Notes under the pieces: generated by a model
What the model was told of the DNA's origin: nothing
The model's input: only the letters and a program-made list of their open reading frames with translations
The model's database searches: none
Part shown: positions 25,726-39,968 of the stretch, in pieces
Layout: every line of letters starts with the position of its first letter
Position numbering within the stretch: position 1 is the stretch's first letter
Assembly: GCA_964016885.1 (NCBI GenBank)
Contig: OZ024743.1
Coordinates: 178,064,001-178,128,000, forward strand
DNA from: Eledone cirrhosa
Taxonomy: Eukaryota
Length of the DNA: 64,000 nt
Direction of reading: 5' to 3'
Position numbers and translations under genes: made by a program

Positions 25726-27814
25726 TCAAGGTCGTTGAGTCATCGTAGGAATGTAAATCCAGTTACAGATCACATGTGATTTCATGTGAGGACAACATCT
25801 GAAGATCTCGGTCTTGGAGTTCAGGCAACTTGAAGTGGCTTTCAAGTTTTGTAGAATCCTAAATTTTTGAGTGGTACACAAAGAACAATTCTTTGTGCCC
25901 CTTTGGTATTCCCTCGAATGGTCTAAAATAGACCAATCGATAGAGTACGGGATGTTTTTATCTTTGAATTCCCACACCTTATTTGCGAGAGCCGTTGCTG
26001 TGTTTTTATCAGAGTGTTTAAAATAAGCGAGATGTGCATAAAACCTGGTTTTGAACCTGTCCTGAGTCATGCCAACTTATCGTTCACTCCTGGCTGGTTG
26101 TTAATTAAAGGTGTCACTTTGGCCTCATATACAACGGATTTAGTATTACATTTGCCCTGTAATGGGCATTCATCCGGCTTCCTGCAACTGCATCCTGGAT
26201 TTATTCTCGTATGATTAGAATTGGTGATTTTAGACTCCATTGATGGGCAGCAAGAGTAACTGATTTTAACTACATTTCTATTAAATATCTTATAATATCT
26301 ATGATTAGGAGAAAAATGTTTGTCTAAGAAGTCACGAAATGTCTTTCCTAAATTAGTTTTGACAGTTAGAGAGAAGGGGGTGTAAACCAAATAATTTTCC
26401 TTTTCCTATTATTGTGATTAGTTTTAGGGGGAGGAGTAGGTAAATATTTAATGTGTTCTGTAAATCCGCTGTTATTAAGGGCTTTATTATAATAAGTGGC
26501 GGCTTTGTTAAAAATGCCTAGAGACGTAGATAAGGTAGAAATCCTACGGCTAATGTTGGGAATAAGATTTTTAAAAACTATAGGGGGTGGCAAGACTCTT
26601 TGTGTATATATCTAAGATTTTCGTTAGGTTTATGATAAGGTTTAAAAGAGGCAGTAAGTAGATCAAGATTAATGTCAAGAAAGTTAGCATTGGTAAGGTT
26701 CGTATCTATAGTTATTTTAAGGTTTGAAAGTATTGATTAAATCTTGACGGAATTTATCAAGGTTATGGCCGTTGGTGGTATGAGAAACTGCCAATCCGTC
26801 GTCACGGTATAAACCGATATTATGGGAAGGAAATTTCTATCTAAGAGTGTGGAGAAGGAATAATCCTACTAAGTCACACACATCCGCACTGTCATATGAA
26901 CCCATTGCAACATCAAAACAGTTTTCAAGGTGTGACTTTTTAACCCAAATACTTTCATTAGTAAAGAGTAGAGTTTTCCTAGCATGAAAGATAATGTCTT
27001 CTTCTTATTTAGAAATATTAATGAAGGGTCTTGCAAAATCTAAGGCTTTAGTTAATAAGTAAACAGTAATAGAGGAGTAAAAATCAACAATATCAAATTG
27101 GGTAAATCTACACTTATTTTTACCTTGTATATTATTAAACCAAGAAATAACAGAGGATGTATTTAACCATTGTGATAAGTCAGTCTTAGTTCTAATTTGG
27201 AGAATTATTTTTCTTAATATTTTTTTACTTGCAAGGCCAACTTCGGATTTAGCCGGGTTAATCAGTCTACAACTAGGTCGATTAGTAAAGTCTAATTTAT
27301 GGTCTTTAAGGGTAATATATTCTTTACGTTTAGCTAGGCTTTCAATCCGGTTGTCTATTTTTAAAGAACTAGCTAGTTCTTTAGCTTCATTATTAATAGT
27401 ATTGTAGGTGTTATTATTAGTTAATTGATATTTCTTGGTGATACTATTAGTTTCAAAGAGATTTTTAGTTTTATCGGAAAGAACAAAAGTGTTTGTAGAA
27501 TTTTTAAAATTAGAAATATCGTTAGACAGTTTAGTTTGAAAATTGTTATTGTACTTACGAAATTTGATATCACTAATTAAATTAAGAAGGTCTAATTCGA
27601 AGTTGGCCATGTCTTTAATTCTAGGTGGGTATTTACGGGATTTTATGTCAAAACAATCATGTGTATCAGCACTGAATAGTCCATCGTAAACCATTGCCTT
27701 CCAACTCATTCTTTTAACGACTTGTTCGATTTTATCTATAAGCAGTTTGGTATAAGATGTGTTGGAAGGAGTAGGTATATTTTTGATTGAATAATCCAAT
27801 TCATAAAGGTCCAT
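25726..27814 (-). pseudogene. PLE B near-full-length ORF (RT + GIY-YIG) broken by stops and frameshifts
   Basis: MDLYELDYSIKNIP, KRMSWKA, DKTKNLF, ITLKDHK, CRLINPAKSEVG, QFDIVDFY, MGSYD, YRDD, CSCx5Cx5C, VVYEAKV...GMTQDRFKTRFYAH, CSLC. Confidence 0.9.
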
Positions 27815-27934
27815 GGTGTATGTTGGTTAAATTCCTGAAAACTGTAGAGTGCTCAACTAATCGGGCTGGAAAGTGCCAATCGTATATGTAATATAAAATA
27901 TGCTTCAATCAATCCCGGTTGGAGCTGTATAAAT

Positions 27935-28190
27935 GAAGTAATTCCGTCGGAGAAGTCCAGGAAAAAAGAGTGTTCTATGTAGGTTACAGAGCTTAATGGT
28001 TATGTAATAAACAACATAAGATAATTATTTTATTTACCAGTGGCTTCTTGAAAGCAAAAGAAATTTGCTTTCAGTCATCAGAATGAAAAAGTTCTGGTGT
28101 ATTTATTGACAGTGGATTTTAAAGACAAAAATATAATCTATATGAAAGTGAGGCTGGAAAAGGAAGTAGGAAAGGAAACAGAATATAAAA
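27935..28190 (-). mobile_element. 5' pLTR of PLE B
   Basis: Lies upstream of the ORF ATG (27814); direct repeat of 15650-15900; contains an HHR. Confidence 0.75.
28028..28088 (-). ncRNA. Slightly degenerate type I HHR in the PLE B pLTR
   Basis: TTTCATT-CTGATGA-C-TGAAAGCAAA-TTTCT-TTTGCTTTCA-A-GAAG-CCACTGG-TA-AATAAAA: 10-bp stem II; GAAG here but GAAA in the 15750-15790 copy. Confidence 0.65.
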
Positions 28191-28193
28191 AGA

Positions 28194-29160
<967 letters not shown>

Positions 29161-29344
29161 TATAAGCATAGCGAAGTTTCACCTTAAGGTCTTTATTGAT
29201 TTTATATATATATTCACATAAGTCGCTCTTAAGATTATTCTGAAATGGACAGGCTAATTTGCATATAATTACACCTCATGTTTGTAAATATTTAAGGTAT
29301 ATGTTAAGAAGTGCGCTAGCAGCCGAAGACCACAGTCGCTCATA

Positions 29345-29563
29345 TATACCAGTCTCCCCTCTCCCCGCCCCGATGTTGTCCAAGGGAAAGGCAATGGTCG
29401 ATAGAGCTTGGTACCAGTGACGTCGCAAATTATTTCCACAGCCGACTCACCTAGAGCAATGTGAAATAAAGTGTCTAGCTTAAGGAAGCAACATACCGTC
29501 CACGATTCGAACAACAGAAAACCTTACGATGTGAGCTCAAAGCTCTCAGCACTAAGCCAGCCA
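29345..29563 (-). mobile_element. Old tRNA-derived CORE-like SINE
   Basis: Minus strand has TGGCTTAGTGC (A box), GTTCGAATC (B box) and a TTAAGCTAGACACTTTATTTCAC CORE-like segment. Confidence 0.65.
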
Positions 29564-30015
29564 TATGTATGTATATATACATATATATTTATACACACAC
29601 ACACACACACAACACACACACATATACATATATATATATATATTTTACACTATATTATCATTTTTAAATGTACAAGTACATAGATGGATGCGTGTATACA
29701 TACATACACACATACATGAATACACACACACACACATTGATGGAGAGAATCAATAATAGAGAGAGAAATTGATACACCTGCCTATACATATTCAGACTTA
29801 AGTGAATATATCAATATATATATACATCAATATACACTTCCTTGCTCTAATATACATAGAGATATTTCTTATTAACTATATATACATGTTCTTGCCCAAT
29901 CAGGATGTGTTCAACACCCACACACATTTAATGCGTTGCATTTGTACATCAAAAGATTTACACATCAAACACTCTCCTATCATTAACGATATCTCTCTCT
30001 TTCTCTCTCTCTTTT

Positions 30016-30048
<33 letters not shown>

Positions 30049-31575
30049 ACATATATATACATACATATATACGTTTAGGAATAACCAAAGAGTGCTTAGA
30101 AATATATTGTTGTATTTGCTAACAGTGTTTCATCCATACCCTAGGGCAGGAATAATCGGAGCTTATAAACAAAAATATATCAAAGGTTGCAGGCTCCATC
30201 GAGCTCTGTCTCCAGAACAAAGATAAAGGACAAGTATGGGGGGGGGGGGGTTCCGAGGCCAGAGCTGTATAGAATAACACATAATACATGATACATATAA
30301 TGTCATAAAAAAATTACATCAAAAGTTTATCACATAAATGGTGCAATAGATCTTAAGGAGGTTGAGAGAGGAGAGCAAGAAATGAATGAGGGTGTTATTC
30401 AGCATGATCAAAAAACAAAACAAAGCATAGATACATCAATTCACAAGCAGTGCAAGCACATGATTTACAGGCAGAGTATGAAACTCGTAAGCAGGAGTCA
30501 GTAAAAAGAAAAGTTGGTTAGCTGTGGTGCAGCTTTACAGGCAGGATTGTTTATAGGAAAGATGGTACACTCCAGTGGTATCGCCTTGTAACAGGTCGAT
30601 TTCTCCGTATCAGACCACCATCCTCCATCCATTGTTTCCGGTTCCAAGCGTTAGACGATTTAATATTAGGTTTCCAAACACACGCATAGAGGATTTCTCC
30701 ACAGAGGCAGATAAACACTTTAAATCTAAAATAAAGTACAATGAAGTGAAGTAAAGTAGAGTACATACACTTAAGAAGGTGAAAATAAAACAGGTCCGCA
30801 ATATCTGCTATCTCTTAAAGTCTTCACGTTCGGTCACGCAACCCAAAGTCCCACGTGAAATACACTGTATGGCCTAGTCGGCATCGAACTAAAGTGCCAT
30901 ACCATATGTAAATATACCACAGTAAATGCTATTCGTAATGGTTAGTCAGTCGCGTGGACAGAAAGCGTATATAGAAAACTCCGGTTATGGAATTACCTAG
31001 GGCAGAGTGAAGGAAAAGCAGTGAGGGTTACGTTAATAAGCGAGCTTATTAGAATAAGTGTAAATTTCTGGTGTGTGCAAGTACTGCAGAAGATATAGTA
31101 AACTCACGGCTAAAACTGCAAATGACAACAATGTTATTTACATGTTCACCACGTGGTCTTCGTGTTGATTACTGAGTCTGGAGGTTGTAATCTTTTCACA
31201 GTCGGGTATAACCCCTCCTGGGTCGGCTGGAAGTCAATATCAACTGTCGCACCTTGCCTTTAATGTGGTTCTATAATTTAACATATTTGCAGCACAATTC
31301 ATATTCCACAATTTCAAAAGTTACCTTCTCGTTAGTAACTCCCAACGGTTTTCAAAATACGAGCACAGGAAGTCGTTGTGCGTTTATGAAAAGTATGGGA
31401 GGCAACTCGCGTCATAATTATCGACTCCATAAGGATCAAAGGCAAAGCTAACTAACCTCAGTGAGATTTGAACTCGGAGCGATTCAATAATATAATAAAT
31501 ATTGGTTAAACAGAATTAGTCTTACTCGACGATATGATAGTCTATAAAAGAAAGTTAGTATATTCTATGTTCTGT

Positions 31576-31952
31576 GGGAGCATCATAGCCGAATTGTTAG
31601 GGAGTTCGCTTGGTAATATCGGGTTTTAAACCACAGCATGTCATCTTGGTCAAATGACATCGTGGTTGACCCATGACATCGTGGTCAAGTGTCCATTACC
31701 ACATCCTCGGATTTATCCATGACACCTTGGGCAAGTCTCGATTACCACAGCTTTGGGTTAACCCATGATATTTAGGGCTAGTGTAAATTAACATAGCCTC
31801 GGGTTGACCTATGACATCTTGGGCTTGTGTCAATCAACATAATCTCGGGTTGACCCATGACATCTTGGGCTAGTGTCAATTAACGTAACCTCGAGTTGAC
31901 CCATAACATCGTAATTGAAATTGGGTAGATGGAAACTGTTTGGAAGCCCGTC
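31576..31952 (+). mobile_element. Old SINE containing an internal 46-bp minisatellite
   Basis: A-box-like TAGCCGAATTG; tail GGTAGATGGAAACTG..GAAGCCCGTC; units start at 31671, 31717, 31763, 31809, 31855 and 31901. Confidence 0.65.
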
Positions 31953-32099
31953 ACATGGACAGTAACTCTAATTCAGGTTGTTCCGTTGACCGGATAGCTG
32001 GAACACTCATCGTCTTAGCTGATGGAGGTCCATTACTATCTCGACAGCATTCGTTAGCTTGCCCGCAACCAGAGTTTCGATTATGCTGTACTATCTTCT

Positions 32100-32138
<39 letters not shown>

Positions 32139-32235
32139 TACTGTTATACATTCACTAATGTCGTCTGTCGTTATTCATTGATTTCTCGCATCGATTTTTT
32201 GCAACTGCTTCGTAGGTCTTATAGAGAAATATTAA

Positions 32236-32440
32236 TGGTTTCTGATTCAGGCGCAAGGCCAACACATTTTTGGGGAAAGGAAAGTCGATTAAATCGACCT
32301 CAGTGCGTCACTGGTACTTTTAATTTATCGACTCCGTAAGGATGAAAGGCAAATCTAACCTGGGCAGAATTTGAACGCAGAACGTAAAGTATTATAACTA
32401 TATGCTGCAAAGCATGTTGTCCGAAAATTCGACTTCGTAC
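32236..32440 (-). mobile_element. Diverged SINE of the 51041-51226 family
   Basis: ACTGGTACTT...TTATCGAC..CGTAAGGATGAAAGGCAAA...GAATTTGAAC; a further fragment lies at ~31415-31480. Confidence 0.75.
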
Positions 32441-32451
32441 CATTGTTTTCT

Positions 32452-32493
<42 letters not shown>

Positions 32494-33101
32494 ATATTCC
32501 GGGAGTCCAGGTCTGGTTATCATTTATTTTTTTATCATTTATTTTGTTTTGACCTGTTTAGCTTAATTTGGTTTTTGGCTTGGGTGGTTAATGCCTTCTT
32601 GACCACCTTTTCAGTTTTGTATGGGTTCTTAACACATTGTTTAGCTCTCGTTTTTAACTATGGACCATTTTGCCAGTATCATTTCTGATTTTTGCGTTTC
32701 GCTTCGCTTTTCTTGCCCGCCGAAATGCGATTCTCGCTGAATTTTTATTTGTATTAATCTCCCGTGTCTTACAATGAACTTGTTAATAATTTCTATTGAC
32801 AGGTTAATTGTATAAGTTTATTTTAAAACCACTCGGTTGAGAACTTATTCGATTTGTGCTATTTATGCTATTTTTTGCATGATTTACACCTACTGAATTA
32901 ATTTGCCAAAATCTGGGGTTATTCCCCTTGTGACTTCCACACGTAGTTTAACTTACCACCGTGACATTCACTTATTTGGTACAGAGCGAAATACCTGTTG
33001 ATAACGTGATATTCCTTGATCGATGATTATACCCAAATCTTATATTTTTAAGCAGACTGTATTTTGATTTAAGTGTCACAGAAACTCTACATCGGATTTT
33101 A

Positions 33102-33141
<40 letters not shown>

Positions 33142-33546
33142 GTGTGAGAGGAAATGAGACACAATATGTACTTCGTTTTTGTATTACTTTTGCAAAATTC
33201 TTGAAGTGAAATTGTGTGTTGAAGCAAATACCGAAAGAGCAATTCCGTGTATCTATTCCAGTAATCAATTACTGGGTTGTGGGATTCTTACTATTCCATT
33301 CCGCCAATAGGTTAATTAAGCCACCCATAAAACAAAAAAATAAACCCACTCTCAACAGAAAGCACGAATAGAATATTAACACCCCTCTACCTAACGACAG
33401 GTCACAATAATATGACACATAAAAAATGTACACACAGACATAACGGCAAGCGTAGAGAAATGAATGAGTATGTGTGTGTGTATTTATATAAGTGTAGGGG
33501 AGAGAGAGAAAATGAGATACAATAGTTTTATGCATATTCAAAAAGT

Positions 33547-33897
33547 TACTCCCGGATCCCAAATAATAGGGGTGGAATAAGCAGGGGAGCTGAAATAAAC
33601 GCGGGTGGGGGTATCGGTAATTGTTTTAGGTTGACTAAAGTTGACTAGAATTTTAAAAACCAGAATTAGTCGTTTAGTTTACATAGTGTGACCCTAACCC
33701 GCCCTATTTATTTTATAAAATATGGGATTACTAGTAATGTACATTTTTTGTTATATATAATGTATTTTTTTTTTATTTTTAAAGAAAATTGTCACAGGAA
33801 TGCTACCAATTAAAATAAAGTTTCGCCGGTGTAGAATAGCAAAATTTATTAGGCGGGGATGGGGGTGGTGGTGGTGATTATTTGCGACCCGAGAGTA
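33547..33897. mobile_element. TA-flanked MITE (Tc1/mariner-pogo type)
   Basis: TA-CTCCCGGATCCCAAATAAT / ATTATTTGCGACCCGAGAG-TA, 3 mismatches. Confidence 0.6.
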
Positions 33898-34026
33898 AGT
33901 AAAGATATGTGGATGCTATTTGGAGTTCACCAGAACACACAACTACACAACAGAAACCTGTGAGAGAAGCAATATATGAAAGGCATACACATGCAAAAAA
34001 CACGAACCGACAAATTGACGCGCGCG

Positions 34027-34087
<61 letters not shown>

Positions 34088-34192
34088 TTATGTGTATATA
34101 TTGAAGTTACGCAAATATTTAACGTTCACTCCAAGATGTTGGGAAATGTCAGCATTGGATAATTAAAATAGTTTTTCTCGTATAAGTGAAGT

Positions 34193-34485
34193 GGAGGTGC
34201 ATGGCCTTGCAGTAAGTGTGTTGGACGTACGATCATAATATCGTTGGTTCGATTCCTGGACTGGTTTGTGTGTTGTGTTCTTGAGCAAAACACTTCATTT
34301 TACGTTGCTCCAGTGTACTTAGCTGAAAATGACTACCAGCAACGTTAGCTGGGGGTTTGACCTTGCGATGGATTGGTGTCCTGTCCAGTGGGGAGACTTC
34401 TACTCTCAGTCCCTTAACACGACGCATACCGAGGTAAGCACCAGCCTGATGAGCCTCCGGGCTCGAGACAGACTTTAGACTTTTT
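34193..34485 (+). mobile_element. tRNA-derived CORE-type SINE
   Basis: TGGCCTTGCAGT (A-box-like), GGTTCGATTCC (B box), GTGTTCTTGAGCAAAACACTT CORE-like segment, (AGACTTT)2 tail. Confidence 0.7.
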
Positions 34486-34858
34486 AGTATGTAATCTAGA
34501 AGTTAACATTCTAATTAGGCTTCCATATATGTTTTCACATCTAAGTTGAGAAATATGCACTTTAGCTAAAAGCATTGTTTCCATTTCATATAAAACAACA
34601 GTATATGGTTTTGATGTTTCTTGTGTAGTCATGTGTCATGTTACACATCACACATTACCCTCTGTTATTATGCTACGATATGTCAGCCACACTACACCAC
34701 TATACTAACACGCGCTTCCCGATTGATCAGCTCAAGATTCAAACTTAATCGATAGGGCCATGTATAATCATGTCTGCTACCCCAACATATTCAGCCTGCC
34801 TACGAAACTTAAGTACCTGTATATGTCACTGTTGTAACTAATTATATATATACACAGT

Positions 34859-34894
<36 letters not shown>

Positions 34895-35609
34895 CACACA
34901 TTATGTACATCATGCAAAAGCCTTCGTGACAACGTAAATGCGAACACAACACGGTTTTTTCAATCGAGTGTGTTTTCTTTTTGGTTTAAAATATGATAAA
35001 AGCAAATTCATGTCATCATATCGCTCTAGGAAAAGAAATTTATACTTCAAAGATTTTTTTAAAATCCCTTCTATTGAGTTACAGTTTATCAGAAATATGT
35101 ATAGCAAACACATTCAAGAGGTTCTCCAGCTTTTACAAGACGTTGATAGTCTTTTATTGTTAGCTGCCGATGTGAATTGACATTTGGGAATAGACATTTG
35201 GGAAAAAGAAACAAGCCACAGATATTTCTTCTCTCAACACAATATATTTTAATAAGATAGTAGAATGTTACGTTGTAATCAACATTTATATAACAGCTAT
35301 TTCAAAAATCTATCCTGGTGTATTAAAAAGTTTGCTTACCAGCCTTGTGATTTTGAATTTGTTCTCTATTGTGGATCCTTTGTCCGGTGTATTCTACCAT
35401 AACCTCGAATTAACAATGCTTCAAATAAACTGTACGCCAGTAAAGATGCTGCTGTCTGTTCGTCTTATGTAACTATGTTCATTTTCTCTTGACTCTATCC
35501 GTAGGTGTGAATAGGAAAAAGGAAAACGCTGCTAAATCGGGAAGAGAGCAGAAATTATATTATTTATTTATGTTCATACACCGAACAGAGGTGCTGCCCA
35601 TATATATAT

Positions 35610-35659
<50 letters not shown>

Positions 35660-35770
35660 GTATAAGTGCCTAAAGAAAGGTCACAGATTTGATGACTCTT
35701 GAATTCTGGATATATGGTCACTATTTATTGAGCCATAAAACCTTGGGTAGCACCATTGTTCCGTGTATGA

Positions 35771-35774
<4 letters not shown>

Positions 35775-35826
<52 letters not shown>
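35775..35826. repeat. (TAA)n tract, left boundary of the LINE chain
   Basis: Read directly; further tracts at 41679-41742, 44558-44585, 49878-49905, 53201-53276, 55789-55867, 58383-58434 and 61324-61356. Confidence 0.95.
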
Positions 35827-35827
<1 letters not shown>

Positions 35828-36064
35828 TTTTCTTTATTAACCACAAGGGTTCACATAAAGTAGACATTAATGACAGTACAGTACAGGACGGTACAAATGG
35901 GCCTTTCTGCGTGTAAAAAAACAGAGGTTGAAATAAAATAACAAAGAAAAATTCCCCAATAGGGGGGAGACTTCCAAGGGACATTTGTGGAGAAAGCCCA
36001 TTAAAAGACCACAGTGGCCCTGACCACCAGGGCAAGTGCCCTCTCCCAGTTTTCCACCTTTAAT

Positions 36065-39000
36065 TTACAGACACATACTCAGAGAAGGCCCATTCATTCG
36101 GGCCATACTTGCTTCTCTCACCCATCTTTCAACAAAATGCTGGGAAGAGAGCACTTCCCTCTCTACCCTGATTTTCCTTTTCAAATGAAATTTGAAAAAG
36201 TTAATCAGGGCATCACCGAAGAGGTAAGTGCTCGTCTTCAGCCCTTTCAAACGTGTCCACCATACTATCTCTTTCGCCATGGCCACCAGACAGATAAAAA
36301 CTGCTTGCCCTTCCAGGCTAAAGGAAGGGGGCGGGGCAATCCTCACGATGGACTCAGCTGATAGCTGGATCGGTCCTACACGTGACAGCAGGTGTTCGAC
36401 ATAAACCCACAAGTGAGCAATGCTCGGACACTGGACGAGTGCGTGCAGGACGGTTTCGTCGCCCTGCGCGCATCTCGGACATGCCCGGCTGACGGCACCT
36501 CCATGCCTGTAGAGTTTATCCCGAACTAGCAAAGCTCCTCGGTAGCACTGCCAGGCCAGGGATTTCTGGAAGATGTCCATAGGCCCCGGCCCGAAAGTCC
36601 TTCCGAAGAGATTGGCTAGTTGATTTTCGTCGACGCCTAGAGTTTCTCCAAGTACGTCGTCGCTCTTCCCCTCCACTAATCCCCTATAGAACGCCAAGGT
36701 GGAGTTTCCACCGATCACATTGCCCGATTGGTCGAGGGCTGTGAGCGCCTGAAGACATTCCAGTCTCCAAGCGCTCCCTCTCGGTCTTCGCTTGACCCAG
36801 GACTGCAGCTCCGTCAAGGAGACGAGCTGGGGAAAAACGTGTCTTGCAAACGGCGACCACACCTGATCACCGCCGAGGAAGAGGTGGAGATGTCGTAGCC
36901 TGAGCGCGTGTCTGCGCATCATCAGCCACAGCATGCCCAGCCCTCCACGTAGCGGGTGTTGACAGCAGATGGACCGCCTGACCATCGGAGCGAGTCCCTT
37001 CCACAAGAAGCGAAAGAGCAAACGCTCCAGCGCAGTCAGGCGGGGCTTAGGACAAGGTACGACGGTCAGGCGGTAGTAGATCACGGATGCGATGTACGCA
37101 TTCGCCACCTCCGCTCGACCTTTCAGGGATAGCTTCCTCTCGGCCCATTTCTGGGTGAGAGAAGCCACCCTGCTCGTCACCTCGTCCCAGTTTTTGTCCG
37201 TCTGGAGGTCTGGACCGAACCAGACCCCTAGCAATTTAACCGGTCCGTCCGTCCAGCGCCCGACGACGCTGTTGGACGGCATGGACCTGCCTCTCCAGGT
37301 GCCGAGCTGCAGGCCCACTGACTTTTCCTGGTTGATCATTGCTCCTGTCACCGCTTCGTATTCTCTTAGTGTAGTGCCGATCGCCTCGATGTGTTTGGCG
37401 TTCGACACCACTACGGTGACATCGTCGGCATATGCTGACACGGATCTTCCGCATCCTAGTTCGCGCGGGACCCCCCTCAACGTCTCCAGTTTGTGCAGTA
37501 ATGGCTCGAGAGTCAATACGTACAATAGGCACGAGAGGGGACATCCTTGGCGGACCGAGCGCATGATGTTCAACGGTTCCGAAAGGTGACCGTTCACTCT
37601 CACTACAGAGCAGATGTCGCTGTGCATGGCAGCGATCCAGCCTCTGAAGACGGGCCCAAAGCCAGCCGCCCTCAGGACTGCCGCTAGGTAACGATGGTCG
37701 ACCCTATCGAAGGCTTTCGACTGATCTAAATTGATCAAAGACCCACCCGTGCCAGGTTCCCTAGCTACCCTCTCTACGATGTATCGCATGAGGTGGAGGT
37801 TGTCGTGGATGGATCTGTCGGGAATGGCGCATGTCTGTGCCTCTCCCACCAGACCACCAATGACAAGCGCCAACCTCTTTGCTAGCACCTTGGCCAAAAT
37901 CTTGAACTCTGTGTTTAGCAGAGTTATGGGCCTAAAATTATCTATGTTACCCCCCTTGTTCGGATCCTTTCTCAGCAGCGCCACCGCTCCTCGGCTCACA
38001 GAGCTGGGAATTCTCCCGTTCTGTTGCCAGTTGCAGTAGACGTCCGCCAAGAGGCCTCCGAACAAGTTTGGCATTTGTACGTAAAGTTCATAGGGCAGAC
38101 CATCCAAACCAGGCGATTCCCCCCTTGTGCAACTAGTCATTGCATCCCGTACTTCAGCGGTTGTTATCGGCTTTTCGCAACACTCCGCCTCAGTGGCCGA
38201 AAGCCGCGGCAGTCCGTCGAGGTAGACACTAAAGTCCATCCCTCGATCCGGCCCGCCACTGCCCCCGAACAGTTGAGCGAAGTGTCGCTGAAAAGCTTCA
38301 CACATTTGCCCGGGATCGAGTAGCATGCGCCCGTCGTGGTCCACCAAAGACCGGATCGTGGCTTTGTTGCCACGACGCGCCTCCGCCACTCGGGCCCATT
38401 CAACGGCTTTCGTCCCCTCGTGTCTGAGAGCACGCACCCTAGCTCTGACAACGCAGCCTTTGTGCTTTGCATTGAAGAATTGGTCAAGGGCCAATTTCGC
38501 CGCAAGTACGTCGGTCGCGATGCCTTTGCTAAGCGCCTCATCTAATTTTCTAACTAATTCTCCCTCTGCTCTATTTTTCTCTATTGCTAAAGTCTTACTA
38601 AACCTAATGGACTCTATTCTAATTGCTCTTTTCAGAGCAAACCACCACTTGTTGTTGACGATGGCCCCCGTCAACGCCCGCTTAACTAGTTCGCTAATCC
38701 GGTCTCTGTAGGCCTTGTGCGCTGGTAAGGACGCGTTTAGCTTCCAGTAGCCGGGTCCTCGTCTATGAAGCCTATCTAAGTCAAGCACACAGATCACGAA
38801 TTTGTGGTCCGTGTAGCTGACTATCTTGAATTATGGAAAGCCTATGCTAGACCTATCTATTTCCCTACAAAATACTCTATCTAGATATGATCTGGATGAC
38901 CCTATGCGATTTGTCCAAGTCCACATTGGTACATTCGGGAAATCCATTCGGTACCTGTCAGACAGTTCAAAACGTCTGAGCAGGTTGGTGAGACTCTTGC

Positions 39001-39484
39001 ACCCTCCTTCCCTATCCACTAATCCCACACAATCCCAGCGTGCATCTAAGATCCCGTTCCAGTCGCCCACTAACACTAAAGAGCGGGACGTTCCAAGAAA
39101 GGTCTCCAGACGCCGGAAGAAATCAGGCCGCCCTGCTCCTGTCGGGGCATAGACGGCCACTAACCTGAAAGCTTGCTCGTCTCCGCTGGTCACGTCCAGC
39201 ACCACCAACTTACCTTCTGGGTCCAGGAAGATGGCCCGTATGGCAAGATCCAAACCTCTCCGAAAAAGCACAGCAACTCCTCCCCCCGATCCCGGACGGC
39301 TGGGAGATGCGTACACATCGTAGCCGCCGAAGATCGGTGCGAAAGCCTGTGCTTCGGAGATTCTGGTCTCGCTGATGGCCACTACATCTATGTTTAGTGA
39401 CCTGAGGTCGTTGAGCAGGTGGCCCTGCTTCGATGACGACCCCAAGCCACGCGCATTTATGCTGCCTATTCTGAGTGAGGTCAT
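36065..39484 (-). pseudogene. T1 ORF2: APE endonuclease + RT + C-terminal zinc finger, with one in-frame stop at 38831-38833
   Basis: MTSLRIGSINARGL, ISET, VYAP, VGDWN, YLDR, YTDHK, PGLDG, RPITLLN, DQSKAFDRV, SVRQGCPLS, AYADD, CPRC-x8-H-x4-C; the two track ORFs are in the same frame. Confidence 0.9.
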
Positions 39485-39968
39485 GTTGGAAAGGAGGGGA
39501 AGGACGGCTTTTCCATCCTTTTTACTGCTTGTGGCCTCCTCAGGAAGGATGTCCTTATAAATCCTCCTGGAGAGTGCTTGTCGGAAGTCTCCGATGTCTT
39601 TGGGGAATTTTTGTTTTAGTGTCATGTACGTTTTCTGTGTGATGCGAGTGATTTGTATGTGTGGAGGTGGTGTGAATTTTGGGGTTGTTGTGTAGTCTTT
39701 TTCTGTGATGCTGGTGTTGTGTTGGCTGTAGTTTAATAATTGCTTGTTGTTCAAATTTAATGCTGTGTAGTGTGTATCGTTTTGGTTGTTTTGTCTTGTT
39801 TGCGTTTGTTGTGGGTTTGTTTCTGTTTCGCATTTTGGTGACTTTTGTGGTGTAGGTGATGGTGGTGTTGGAGTTAATGATGGTGATGGTGTTGGTGTTT
39901 GGGTTGATGGGGTTGGTGATGCTGGTGTGGATGGTGGCATATCTGTCCTAACTTTTTTGTTTCTTAGT

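Noticed and set aside
19083-27814. Selenocysteine recoding, reported for some Naiad PLEs
   Set aside because: The cysteine motifs here use ordinary Cys codons and PLE A has no in-frame TGA; breaks in PLE B are frameshifts and ordinary stops.
30130-31400. Complex non-repetitive stretch as a host exon or transposase remnant
   Set aside because: Only short ORFs with no recognisable motif or convincing splice structure; unresolved without a translated database search.
31671-31912. Regular 46-bp repeats as a CRISPR array
   Set aside because: Contiguous degenerate units with no unique spacers, no cas genes, and a eukaryotic context.
34447-34472. CTGATGAGCCTCCGGGCTCGAGAC as a hammerhead
   Set aside because: GAGA instead of GAAA and no stem I/III; better explained as the LINE-derived 3' stem-loop of the SINE.
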